Source: Laetmonice hystrix
Taxonomy: Eukaryota
Length of the DNA stretch: 64,000 nucleotides
Assembly (NCBI GenBank): GCA_965235115.1
Contig: OZ249436.1
Coordinates: forward strand, 21,020,001-21,084,000
Direction: 5' to 3'
Positions 1-13,304 of this stretch are shown here, piece by piece. Below the pieces are notes generated by a model. That model was given only the letters and a program-made list of their open reading frames with translations, was not told the origin of the DNA and did not search any database. The position numbers and the translations under genes are program-made. Each line of letters opens with the position of its first letter. The first letter of the stretch is position 1.

Positions 1-174
1 CCAAATCGGACATTTTTCATTGACATGAAAAGTCTTTTACCCGGTTTGTTTTGGTCTTTTTATAGTCACAAGAAAACAATTATATCTCTACTTAATTAAG
101 GCTTCTGAGAAGTCTATCTTATCTGTAGTAGGTTGGCCTACAACTAGAACCTTTGGAACCCTTGGTGATAAGAC

Positions 175-2189
175 CAGGGCCGTAGCCTGAAGGGGGTCAA
201 GGGGGGCAACTGCCCCCCTAGGATTTCCAGTTAAAAAAAATTGGGCCTCATATTGACACCTGGGCTGCGTTTGACTTAGCCCGAAAGACGTCTTTGAAAT
301 GGTCGCTGAGCCAAAGAGGTCTTTGCGGCGACGGGTGTTTCAGTTAAGTCAGCATGAACAGGACAAACATCTTTTAGACAAATTCACCGTAATATCTTTG
401 TCAGGTATCTCACCTGACCTGTTTGAACTTTCTTTTCTCTCCGTGTCAGGATCTACTGACCATAACCCCCGCCACACCGCCACCCAAAATGCAACATACT
501 TTAAAGGAACTCCTTTTATTTTCAACCGTTTGGCTAATTTTATTGGGCAATAAATGGGCACGAGTGGTTGTTTTCTATAGACCTTCCGTGTAAAGGCCAG
601 TTTTACCGTGGCCAGCGCGAGTCTGAGGTGTTCAGCTGGGACAAGCTTCAAAAGGCATTGTCTTCTGCCGTTCTGCAAGAGATTGATTAAAAAATATGGC
701 ATTTCGTAAAAAAAAGTTAGGTGATCCTTTCTTTCATGGGATTTAGTAGGGTTGAAACGATACACTTGTGCCACGATAAGTTACGTATCACGATACAACA
801 AACCATACGATATATCTCACGATAGTTTCCCAGTTGTATAGTATACGTGATTTATGCTTAGACTGCCACAGAGAATCGGGACTCAGAAGCTTGGGTCAAA
901 ATACTGTGTAATGTATTGTGAGCTATTCCAGCGACCGATTGCACCTGAGGAATCAAGTTCTGTGACTAGAGTGTCTCAGGACACTTTTTATTATCATTTG
1001 TATCGAGATGAAAGTACATGTAACTAAAAAATTCAGAGTACTAAAAAAATGGGAACTGATCCTGGAGACTTGGTCCAAGTCCTATACCGTTCGAAGATCT
1101 GGCGTCTGGAGAACACACGATAGCCCATTGAGAGTCAACTGATTTGGAACCTTGCCGCAGATTGAGCCCACTGACGGGGTACGGGTTGTATTGCTACATC
1201 CCTTTAGAAGAGTTGTGTCACACTTATCGCCGAGTTACACCCTCACCTCTCCAAGTGGACACATACCAACCGAGCCGAACTCTTCGTACTGTCAGGTTTT
1301 CAACAGCGTCTGTTTCCAGACTACGACCGAACGTGGAGACCGGCGCCTCGCTGTTCCCTACATTACTACAGTGGTGGTAATTGCTTTATATATCCCCCTC
1401 CAGGTCGAGGACCACAGAAAGGGTGTGGAAATACACTCAACGTTATGCTAGGATAAAAACAGAGTTCCGGCAAAATTAGAAGTATTCAAGTACTACAAGT
1501 CTTAGGTAAAGATTAAAAGCAAATTTTGATAGACATTTTACGTCTGTAAAATTTGTTTTAGTGAACATAAACAGATACATTTGTGTATTTTGAAAACTAC
1601 CCAGCAAAATTGCGACGTGAGCGCCCTCTCTAATCACGTGAGCATGTCTTGATACCTATTTGATATGCAAATAAGAGTGCCAGTCGCAGGGACAGACTAT
1701 TATTAGACGCTCTATTGTTTGGGTCTGTTGTTTTGCGACTCACTGACGTGTGAAGAAATGTCAGTAGCCTTTGCCTGCATGAAACATCGAGCAGGCCTAT
1801 GTGGATCTCTTCGTATATTTAGCCATCAGGTGTGAAGCTTGCTTTTAGGAAAGTATGGGTGCAATATACCTGCAACCACCAGAGCTGCAACGCCATGCTA
1901 CAGGGACGGGTACATACTCTCCCACCTAAAAGAAATTCAAAGAAAAGTTCATTTCCCTACATTCTGTGAACACCAATGTACAATTTCCTGGTGTCGAACT
2001 ATCACATGTGGCCGTAGCCCGCGGGGGGGGGGGGGGCAAGGGGGGCAAATGCCCCCTGGGATTTCCATTTTTCGTAACCCAGACTCCCAGCTCGACCGGC
2101 GCAATGACGCGCTGTCACACGTTAGGCCTATCTGGTTAATGTTCATAGGACACTGCCCCCCTGGGATTTTTGGGCAGGCTACGGCCCTG
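175..2189 (+). mobile_element. Non-autonomous TIR DNA transposon, ~2 kb, copy 1 (hAT-like termini, 5-bp TSD)
   Basis: 15-bp TIR CAGGGCCGTAGCCTG (175-189) / CAGGCTACGGCCCTG (2175-2189); flanked by a perfect direct repeat AAGAC (170-174, 2190-2194); near-identical second copy at 61361-63348; no transposase ORF. Confidence 0.9.
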
Positions 2190-4117
2190 AAGACTGGTTG
2201 CAATTTTGAATGCGGTAACTTTAGCCTTCTGTAGTATTTAGCAATAATCCGTATCCAGCAGATTTTGGGAGACGATAGAAACATAGTCCCACTACCTGAC
2301 AGAGTGCCAATGACTTGCCTAATGCCGCGGCAGTAGTATCTTTTGTTAGGACACCATTTACTGCATGCAGATGCCCACTTTATGGAATACATGTCAGGAC
2401 CGACTAAATCCCATTCATTATCACGTACGGGACCCTTTATTACCTCGTTATGAGTGTTTGCCTTTATGGCGTTAAGTTCGTCTGTATCCCACGAAAACAG
2501 GCTTGGTGCCCCAATCAGTTTTATGGCATGTTTCTCATGGTATAGGCCTACAAAGCGTGATGAAGTGTGCACAATCGACGCGTAGAAATGGTCCTCGAGG
2601 AATTGTATGATACCCTTATAGAGATCCTAGATAGGTTTGTTAGTGCATGGATTGTGGGTCAGCCCACTAACCAACAATTCGTTTACCCTCCTACAATCGC
2701 ACCAATGACGTTACCCCAATGAAATCACGGTGGAGCGCATTTATATTTAAAAGGCGTTGGCCGTAGAAACCCCACGCGGACAACCAATCTGTATGGTAAT
2801 GTACCCACCGTCTGTCCTGCCTCAGGGTATGCAAGGGACAAAATCATGTCGGTTGCGCTTTGCCCTATTATATAGGTGCTCGATCCACTTAGATTACTAG
2901 GCGTGCACGTCGGTTGAGGTTCTCTGGACACCCAGCCTGCGGATATCCGAACCTCCGGTCAATTTAGACCCGCTTGATTCAGGTTGAGCCGGGAGAGAAG
3001 GGTGGCGCTGTCGACCTCTCGCTGGGGCAATATCTCCCCGTTATCCAAGAGAATCAAATGGCACAAATGGCTTCGGCCCAGAACCACATTGCTCATGGCT
3101 TCCTCAGGTTATTTTCCATAACTTCATATTTGAGAGTTACAAAATAAAATGACACACGTATTCACCCGCTTTCAAACATTTTTTCGCGAGAGTTTTTGTA
3201 ATATTACGCTTCAAGATCTTCTTTTCTTTGAGAAAACAATTGTCACGTAACCGATGTCTGATGATGTTGAGTAGAAATACCGAAGATGCTAGGTCTAAAA
3301 GGCCGCCATAATACAGATTATAGAACCTGATAAAACAAGAGATACGTATACGTGATACCGGCCCCCTTTGTACTTTAAGGAGGGTATCGTCTTGGGTAGG
3401 CCATTCTTCAGTGTATAGAGACAGGAGTACCTGCCACTCCGTGATATTAATGGTTCACTACGTCTTCCTGTCCACATATTTACGATTGTACACCTGGGGC
3501 CGTGCACACGCCTGCGCCCTTTGATGAAAGCGTTTCCCACAGAATATGCACCCGTTGTGGGACGTCCACAGCCTGTTATCTTCGCAGGTTATTTGGGATT
3601 TTTACTTTGGGGAATGCGCCATACGTGAGGGTTCCATACGTGTGTCTTGATGAAAATCGATAATTTCACTTTTTGCGGTGTATAATTAATTACTTGGTGT
3701 TTGTTTGGTAGATCGTAATCAATAATGAGAAGGGAGAACCGTTTTGATTTGATAACTTAGTATGATTACGGCCCGGACAATCAAGGATACGCTTTGATAA
3801 CTTAGTATGATTACGGCCCGGACAATCAAGGATACACTTCATATGACATTTTATTTGGCATATTGGCAGTTGACAAGCCTTGGCACATAAAATGATACAA
3901 AATAAGTTCAACATGAACCATGTTTTTGAGGATTATTTTGAATATACGAAGAAAACCTTTCATGCGAATGCTCAATGAGGAAGCAAAGAAACACTTAAAT
4001 CTGTGCTCAGACAGAGAGCGGTATATCGGCTACGTGGTCTAGTCCGGCTGGGACCACGGTTTAGTGGCCCGGAACATCGGTTAGACCTCTGCCTGAACAC
4101 GCAGTTTGCCGGATTAA

Positions 4118-4443
4118 AGGGAACCGATCGCAGCTCATGGTAAAAAAATCCTACTTTTAGCTATCTGCATGTTTGCAAATTCATTCAGACCAGATGCCAA
4201 TCATGTTTGGTAGGGTATCGCCTTGTAGCCTGTCGTATACGTGAAAAACGGTTTCAGTACATCGGGGTCCTGCATGGTTTCTGTTTTTGGGTGCGACTAA
4301 ACACCGAAACTGAGCCAATTTACCGAAATTTACCGCTTTTGTTTGAAGTGAATAGACACATAGAAGTAGATCGTTGTAATATGATATATTTCTGTGCAGA
4401 CAGCACAGGTTATCTCTGAAAAGGTTGATGCAATTGGATCCCG
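4118..4443. mobile_element. Possible decayed Kolobok-like non-autonomous element
   Basis: TTAA on both sides (4114-4117, 4444-4447); imperfect TIR AGGGAACCGATCGCAGC vs reverse complement CGGGATCCAATTGCATC (12/17 match). Confidence 0.3.
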
Positions 4444-5266
4444 TTAAAAGCTAAACAACGGGGTACTGTCGGTGGCGATTCTCATGAGAAGACAGGTCGC
4501 TTCGCTGCCGGTATATTGTCTGAGTCTGAACACTAGACGGTATAGCGGATCGGTATTAAAGCTCATCGAGGTACTGTTGCCAAGAACAACGAGCAGTAAG
4601 ACGACATGTAAGCCCTACCTATGATTACTTCGGTTCGTGTCAGTCAAAGAGCATGGCCCATGTTCTGGCCTGCACTGACCCTTCTAATAATGATCGCCGT
4701 GGAATCTCCTGCCAACTATCGTATGACATTGGTGTCGGAACTGCCAGAACAAAGTTTCATATGAAAGGTCAACGTTTAGCCACAGTCACCAGTCCTCCAT
4801 CTTACTCAAACTATCGCCCAAACTTACATATTTAGGTCACAAGTTTTCAATCATTGGCGCGCGACCTTGTAAAGATGGCGCTTGATTGGTTGAAACCAAG
4901 GTATTCAAATAGGGATAAATTAACGCTGGCCTCTTCCGTGATTCTACGTCTGTCAAAGACAGCAAGAAGGAACATAGTGGTCAGGTAGCCTAATTATCAA
5001 TTAGAGCAGCATAATGATTTAATGGGACTAACGATCTCGCACAGGTATACAAACTGTCAGTTTGGTTGTTGTGTAAGCATCGATCACTGTATATTGTACC
5101 GGTAACCAGTGCAGTAGGAGTAGTACCCGGTCGTGTGGGGTGGTGGGTCGTAATAGGCCTACATTCCACTACGAGTGTCATCCAGGTGCAGAATGCAAAG
5201 TTTCGTGAACCGGAAGGTGAATTCATCAATGTTATTAGAGCGGGAACCTTTTCGCACAGGATGTGA

Positions 5267-5370
5267 ATCAGGGTCGGGTGGGGCCTCACCACAGGAAGAC
5301 ATTATCAGGGTCGGGTGGGGCCTCACCACAGGAAGACATTATCAGGGTCGAGTGGGGCCTCACCACAGGA
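5267..5370. repeat. 37-bp tandem repeat, ~2.8 copies
   Basis: ATCAGGGTCGGGTGGGGCCTCACCACAGGAAGACATT recurs at 5267, 5304 and 5341. Confidence 0.85.
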
Positions 5371-6387
5371 GGGCGTCGGAATGTTGAACGCGGCTGCACT
5401 CAGGCCGCGTCACGCGATGCGATCATCGCGGAGGTCGTGACACGGACCGACCGACACGATCCCCTGTCCGGAATGAGGGGCTCCGCGGCCGACTAGGATC
5501 AGCCTCTGTAATATCCGGCGCTCAATGAGCCCACCCAGGTCCATTCGCGGTGTCAATCTTATATACTGCAAGCTAACGTTTCCCGTGACCCTTTTAGACC
5601 ATCATCGACCGTCTGTCGCTGCCACGCCTTGTTCAGTTCTAACTGTGGCGTGTTACCAGTGTGATCTGTGCCCATTCCAACAATCACGAACGTATTCTTC
5701 CTTTGAAGTCCGATCAGGTTAATGCATCCGTTCACATTATATTCTTATTATTCCCACAAAAAAAAACTTTTTTAATGGTTCTGCATCTGCTTCCAGAAAA
5801 CATTATAGTATACAGGTGCAGGCCGGTTATGTGCTGCGGTATATGTGCTTATATATACATGTACATAGTAATTGGATGTTTGCATTGTTGTGTCAGTAAC
5901 CAACCCCCTAGATAAGACATGTACAGGCTCGGACATCATTAACATACCCCCCTTATTTCATTGAATAAATGTTATTTTTTTATTTGGTCTCTAGAAAGAG
6001 GAATTTGAAATACATCGTATTATGATTTATTCTGGTGAACCCGAGAAAACAAAAAAAAACTAGTGTGGTTCAAGACTTTCATGTCGAATGACATTGTTAT
6101 TCCACCGAATATGCTTCTCCCCACAGCATTGTAAAGTTTGATATTATGTTTAAATTTAGATCACAACAGGTATTACGTAACAATCAATATAACAAGAATA
6201 CCATCCCAATATTGTTGCTATATAAGTTGAGCGAGCGCCTATACTCAGATGCAGGTGTTGGCGTCCTGTTTAGTGATAACTAATTTGGTCTGGTGGTGAC
6301 ATGCACACACAAATGTGTGTGCGTGTGTGTGGGTGTAGGGCAATAAACAGCTCAGTGCACACACACACACACACAAATTTGTGTGTG

Positions 6388-6582
6388 TATTAAATACAAA
6401 AACTTTTTGTATTTAATGCAAAAACCTTTTGTACTAAATACAGAAAGTTTCTGAATTAATTACAGAAACTTATTGTATTAAATACAAAAGGTTTTTGTAT
6501 TAAATACAAAAAGTTTTTGTATTTAATACAAAAAGTTTTGTATTTAATACAAAAAGTTTTTGTATTTAATACAAAAAGTTTT
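6388..6582. repeat. AT-rich ~20-bp quasi-palindromic tandem repeat
   Basis: Units like TTTTTGTATTTAATACAAAAAG are nearly self-complementary and occur in both orientations. Confidence 0.75.
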
Positions 6583-8259
6583 CAGCACGCAAACAAACAA
6601 ACAAACAAACAAAGGCCCCCGACATGAGGCATGCATTGGCCGAAGGGGGAACTACTTTCTTTGACCTGGAATGGCCCGTTACCTCGAACAAACCTAATTG
6701 TTCTATTATCGTTCGTATATAATTATAAAAGAATATATTAAAATAATTCTTTGAAAGATAATGCTGTAAAAAGTAATCAGACGGCTAGTACTGTATGTCA
6801 ATTTCCTGCAACTGTCTCCTTTTTAAAATCGTCATGTAAAACGCTACCGGCCCCATCACAGTCCAATCAAAGAAGTAAAAGAGAAATGTTGTGGTGCTGA
6901 CGTCTGTATTTCTTTGAGGCAATATCAGGTGAACGGTCTACCATATCAAAAAGGTATCACTGCTCACCATGGCATTTTCGGTAGCATGACCAATTCAGAA
7001 AGTTCTACTGAGAAAAAAAAAGAAAAATTAACTGCCTGGGGGGTTTAACCCCCTCCCCCGCCATCCCCCCGGTCGAACCACAACTGGTAATTGCTACATG
7101 CCCCGAGGGTTGCAACCAGTGGCTTAGATTTTTGCGAACATTTTTGGCGTACATGATTAGAAAAGCGAACATGTTCTTGCTAGCACCGTGACCCTGTTTT
7201 CCTATTTTACTGAAATGTAAAACTCGGATATAAAAACAATAGCTATTGTAACGTCATACAGCGATAGTTGGCGCTGGCTTTCGTGCTCTGGTCACTGTAT
7301 ACTCATTCTAGGAGTTACAATAGGGAATTTGAAACCCGTCGCTTATGCTGAGATTCGAAGCTGGATTCTGGTTTTAAATTAATATCTAGAAGTTGGGATA
7401 CTCTCTTGATGGGAATGGGTTTATGAAGATTACATCCTGATATTGATATTTTTGAATTCTGTGTAATAATTAGTGTGGCTTTCAGTGTGATTTTGAGCTT
7501 TTAACAAATTTTATTTTGTACATTCTTGGAAACTCGGATCATTTTGCACCAATTATTTGCATGATACAATCGAAGGCAACTCGATACTGATATACAGATC
7601 TTTTTTTACTGGTACCGTAATTCTGACGTTTCATATTAAATTCAAGCCTGGCAGAAAACCATAATAATTCCGGATCAGCATGTACCGGCTATCGAGGGTC
7701 CACATATACGAGCAGAGTAATTATTCTTCAATTTTATCAAGGGACAGCCATTCCTGGGTGACCGACATTCTTAACTTCAATGATTTTTGACCTTCCATTC
7801 TGAGAAACACCGACACAGCCTCTTGTTTTCCTCCATCATGGCGGTCTATTCCTATCTAAGTCACGGTGCCTGAAACACGAACTGCTCCCTTCCTGACCTC
7901 TGACCCCAGTCGTAGTAGCAATGGGCCGCCATGACAGAATTCAACGCGACTGCCGTTTTGAATATGAAAACTGTGCGAATCTTACTTCAACAGGGATATG
8001 AGATAGATGTATTTGGTTCAATAGCTGCCCGTGATGGTCATCTAAACTTTGAAGGCATATGATAATATGTTATCACTCATTCTGCGGGTTCGAAAAAGTG
8101 CACACCACGAATATAATAATGACGAAATTCCCCCTACCAGTATGTCCCCATAGCACGGTCTATCTCCTGTGAGCCAGCCGTACCTCTGCTTAGCTAAACT
8201 TTCTGCTTACAGCCTTTCTGAATCAGGGGCCAGATCGACCCCCCCCCCCTTAGAAAAAA

Positions 8260-8915
8260 TGACGAGTTTATATTTCTGTATTGTGTTATTAGACATGAAG
8301 TGACGAGCTTATATTTCTGTATTGTGTTATTAGACATGAAGTGACGAGCTTATATTTCCGTATTGTGTTATTAGACATGAAGTGACGAGCTTATATTTCC
8401 GTATTGTGGTATTAGACATGAAGTGACGAGTTTATATTTCCGTATTGTGTTATTAGACATGGAGTGACGAGTTTATATTTCCGTATTGTGTTATTAGACA
8501 TGAAGTGACGAGTTTATATTTCCGTATTGTGTTATTAGACATGAAGTGACGAGTTTATATTTCCGTATTGTGTTATGAGACATGAAGTGACGAGTTTATA
8601 TTTCCGTATTGTGTTATTAGACATGAAGTGACGAGTTTATATTTCCGCATTGTGTTATTAGACATGAAGTGACGAGTTTATATTTCCGTATTGTGTTATT
8701 AGACATGAAGTGACGAGTTTATATTTCCGTATTGTGTTATTAGACATGAAGTGACTAGTTTATATTTCCGTATTGTGTTATGAGACATGAAGTGACGAGT
8801 TTATATTTCCGTATTGTGTTATTAGACATGAAGTGACGAGTTTATATTTCCGTATTGTGTTATTAGACATGAAGTGACGAGTTTATATTTCCGTATTGTG
8901 TTATTAGACATGAAG
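8260..8915. repeat. 41-bp minisatellite, 16 copies
   Basis: Unit TGACGAGTTTATATTTCCGTATTGTGTTATTAGACATGAAG; 656 bp / 41 = 16. Confidence 0.97.
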
Positions 8916-11220
8916 TGCCACGTCATAGTGGTTTGGGCCTCAAAATGAGGCTGCCAATTGCAAGTGATACGGGCACATCGGTTGACGTCAAACATGTAAT
9001 GAAACATGTAATGCAGGAAATACCGCGCTGGGACTTTCAATCCTGGATCAAACATGCAAGACGGGAATATATTTCGGAAGAGCTCACTAATCATCTGAAG
9101 GCTTTTAAAATCTTGAAAGCTTGAAACCCCCACTTAGAAACAGGTCAGCAGCCCCCCCCCCCCCCCCCATATATTGACCCCCGTAGAAAAGGTTCAATTT
9201 GAGTCATCAGGCCCACATTGAGGTATCCAGGGACTGTGGCCTTAGAAGACAGAGATATAATAAAGTCCACCCGAAAAGCCGATATACTGCAGTCCTGTGA
9301 AAAAAATCCTTTTACTAGTTTCAGAGTTCTTAGTAGTTCATACCTGCACTATACGAAAGTGTAATATGAAACATGCACTTATGGAGAATGTAATGCTCAT
9401 GTTTCGTTATACAAAAGTCATTACAGTTCACCTTAAAAGTAACTGGAGCAAGTATTCTGCCAAGAAGTCAGATGTGAGGGACTTTCTGCCCGCAACATCG
9501 TGCCAGATCCATCTTTCTAGTCCTTCAGTTCGACGATTGTACCGTTCGAACGTTCATCGGTGACTGTGGTTTTAGTAATCTTTGCACTGAGTCTGAGATT
9601 GATACATGTAATGTATACTACTGATACCTTTATAATCAAATATAGCCAGATACAATCAGCGACGTCGGGCAGAATGATGTGTTCATCTCTGGTGATTCTA
9701 GCCAGAGAAATGGCACTTTCTTAAATGTAAATGGAGGAGCGATACGAGTCTGTGAACAGTCCGGATTCATGCATCTGAATGACATTGTGTGGGTTAAAAT
9801 TTCAATCGGCCAGCAATTGTCATGTATTCTTGGACGTGAGATTTTTCTAGACATAAATGTGACTGTGCAGAGAAAAATAATACGAAAAATAAGAATAAAC
9901 GATTTTTCGCTATACACCAATACCAAAGAGAGAGGTACGTGTATAGTTGAAAGTCACATACAACCAGTGCGATATCAAAGGATATGTCTGACTAAAAAGG
10001 ATGGAAACGGTCTGCAAGCGAACATTTCCGGGCTTTGAGCGCAGAATCGAAAACATATCCATTCGAGAAGAAATGGCGGGTCTCAGAATGGGGTAGTTTT
10101 ACACATGGGATTCATGACGTGATTCACATCTACGCTACAGCCGACATATTCTACATCAAGGAGCCGTTAAAAGTAAGCATGATTATGCACAGAAAGTATC
10201 CTACTTTCGCACTTCTACGTATACACTACACCAAGAGGAGAGGTCTTGATGGCAGGGTAGTTACGACGATTGATCTAAGGATACCAGAGGCGAAAGTGTG
10301 TCGGCATTTATCAAAGAGAAAGGCTTTAAGGGACCGCTGGCGGGGCTCTATCTCATCATCACCACACGGAATACGTTAAAAGCCGTTAATGTTGCCCTTC
10401 GCGAAGTGACCTTGGGACGTGCCCCCGCGTTAAACCTGCAATAATCAATCGGCCAAGCCGATTCCGAACGTCTGCATGTCCACCTAACGTGCGCTCCTTT
10501 TACACGGCACTCACAGAGCTCCCTCGATCACGTGACTATCTCCTCACAGCTCCAAGTGCATGGGCTTACAGCTGCGCACTGTATTTCCGGTCAGGCCGAA
10601 CTGAATCCGGTCTGGCTCGGACTCCAATATTGCTCCTTCTGTCTCGTTGGTCTGAATGACCGGCAGATTCGGTGAACTACCGTCTTCATCCATTCGGAGA
10701 TGGCCTCAATTTGACCTTTATGTTCTCGGTAAACGGTATTATCTAGAATTACAGTGTTCATACTCTCCCACCGCACCGTATTAATTGGTCTGAGCCAGAT
10801 GTTTGACTCTGATATCTTCTTCATGTCCAGATTGCTGACCCTAATTTTTAACTTTAGGAGGTGTTATTGTTGTTTTGTGAATTTGGCGTCATTGCAAACA
10901 ATATATGACATTTTGGTCAGAAATGTAAACAATACTGATCTCGACTTCCTTGTTCATGTTAAGGTACTTTCTGAAAGGTAAAAGTAAAAGGAAAATGATC
11001 TATCTTCAAATATTATCAGTCTTCTTCTTCCCAGGCTTTCAATCTTCAGGTACTTCTAGATTTGTAATTTATCGGGTACAAAAAAAAACTCGTTATTTCT
11101 GGCACAGAAAGTCTCAATAGAAAGGCATGGTGGGTGAAAAGATTTTGTTCAAGATTGTAATCGTTAAAATGGGAACTGCACATGTGGTGAGATCACGTAC
11201 ACGGCACTATATCTTTCCTT

Positions 11221-11230
11221 TCTCTCTCTC

Positions 11231-11279
<49 letters not shown>

Positions 11280-11334
11280 CTCTCTCTCCCTCTCTGTTCC
11301 TCTCTCTCTCCTCTCTAACTCTCTATCTATCTCT
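11221..11334. repeat. (TC)n microsatellite
   Basis: Read directly from the sequence. Confidence 0.95.
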
Positions 11335-12779
11335 CCCCCCAACCCAATCCCTGTCTCTCTCACACACACAGATCAACCATTCCCAATAATAACTTCACTG
11401 CTGCATTAAATCCCGCATTAATCCATGCATGACCTTTGTAAGTGCCATGTATCCGGAATGGTCGACAGAGCGCAAACACGATGCCTCTACACCGTCACCC
11501 CGGAGTTATTAATATATCACTTTTTTCTGTATATTTGTCGGTGAACAAGTGCATAGATTTCAAAGAACGGGTGTCGATAACTCGATATCACACCAATAAC
11601 ACCGCTCCTCAGGTTGGTGTGAGAGCGTCATAATGTCTAATCGTTTGTGAGTTTTCTGCTGCATGATTGGTAGATTTTCTAAACGTATAGTCCAATGTCT
11701 TCCACCAGTAACACTGACAGCCTATTATATTACCCTGCCTAGTGATGAGGGGTAAAATCTGAATCCAAATCAAACTAACAAACTGTGGTCTATCGACGAA
11801 CATGGCTTTCGCATTCTGTGCAGCAGCACCACCCCCCACCCCCACCCCCACACACACACACACCCCACCCCACCCCCCAGCAAAAAAGTATCGTCCTGTC
11901 GATCGACGCCTATGTCGATTTCTAATTACAAATACATGACACACTCTGCCCAACAACATAAATATAATGTTGAATTGACATACCTATTGGGTGTATACAT
12001 ATAGCTATTGTATATGGCGACACCTGCTCCAAATAATGATACTCTGATTTAACTGCCCCATGTATTGTCCACTTGTCCACAGTGCCCGTTTTAGCTTTGT
12101 GTCGGTGGTGTTACGTTCATTGCGAACTGACAACAGTCCAGACAATAGTGACATCTCGGGTCATCACCTGCCTGACACCTCGAGGCCACACTTTATCCCC
12201 TGACACTCTTCATTTCCGTTAAACGTTTTACCGGATTGGACAAACCAACTCAGCCCCCTCCGGCACACCCATTACAGATGGCCAAGGACATATAGCTTGT
12301 CCTGCCCTGACTCTTGGCGGTGTTAGTGTGGACGATAATCGAATCGTAGGTGGAGAGGCGATCAAAGATATACGTGGGAGAAGGGCCGACATGACAGTTT
12401 GCTCTGTCCGCTACCGTTTGCGGAAAGGAGCGGAGGAGTGATCCACGGGTCCCACGGGGGAAGAGATCTTTTTTTTTGGTGGGACAACTTGGCCATGCGG
12501 CGGATGTCACCCGCCCGACTCGATGAGGACGAAAAATCATGGTCGTTTTTCCGTCAATGCATGATTATTCGCCCAAGTGGATGTATACCATACAAAGCTT
12601 GTTATCCACCTGTAGCTCATATTTTTAAGTTTCTGACTCCTCAGCTCCTGGCCTCGTTAGAGACCTCCAGGGCTTTCTGTTGTTCAATCCGTTGATTATA
12701 CGTCGGGGACCGATCAGTGGCTGTACAAATTTCGAATTAACGGAAGCGGACGGGACGAGAGCAATCGCTTCATTCAATT

Positions 12780-13304
12780 GACAGGGTCTTGGTTTGTGAA
12801 TCCTGGAGTGTCGACAGGTTTGTGGATCCTGGGGTGTCTAGGGTCTTGGTTTGTGGATCCTGGAGTGTCGACAGGTTTGTGGATCCTGGGGTGTCGACAG
12901 GGTTTGGTTTGTGGATCGTGGAGTGCCGACAGGGTCTTGGTTTGTGGATCCTGGAGTGTCGACAGGTTTGTGGATCCTGGGGTGTCGACAGGGTTTGGTT
13001 TGTGGATCCTGGAGTGTCGACAGAGTTTGGTTTGTGTATCCTGGAGTGTCGACAGGGTTTGGTTTGTGTATCCTGGGGTGTCGACAGAGTTTGGTTTGTG
13101 TATCCTGGAGTGTCGACAGGGTTTGGTTTGTGTATCATGGAGTGTCGACAGAGTTTGGTTTGTGGATCCTGGAGTGTCGACAGTTTGGTTTGTGTATCCT
13201 GGAGTGTCGACAGGGTTTGGTTTGTGGATCCTGGAGTGTCGACAGGTTTGTGGATCCTGGAGTGCCGACAGGGTCTTGGTTTGTGGCCCCTGGAGTGTCG
13301 ACAG
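12780..13304. repeat. Minisatellite with constant core and variable linker (~26-33 bp units)
   Basis: Core TTTGTG(G/T)ATCCTGG(A/G)GTGTCGACAG joined by short alternative linkers (G, GGTTTGG, GGTCTTGG, AGTTTGG). Confidence 0.95.

Noticed and set aside
349..1451. Short ORFs conserved in both copies of the 2-kb element (also 61561-62632)
   Set aside because: Non-ATG starts, no transposase or other motifs, and one is frameshifted between copies; conservation reflects recent transposition.
10240..10450. tRNA-derived SINE
   Set aside because: Only a vague A-box-like start and an AATC tail; no clear B box or second copy in the window.
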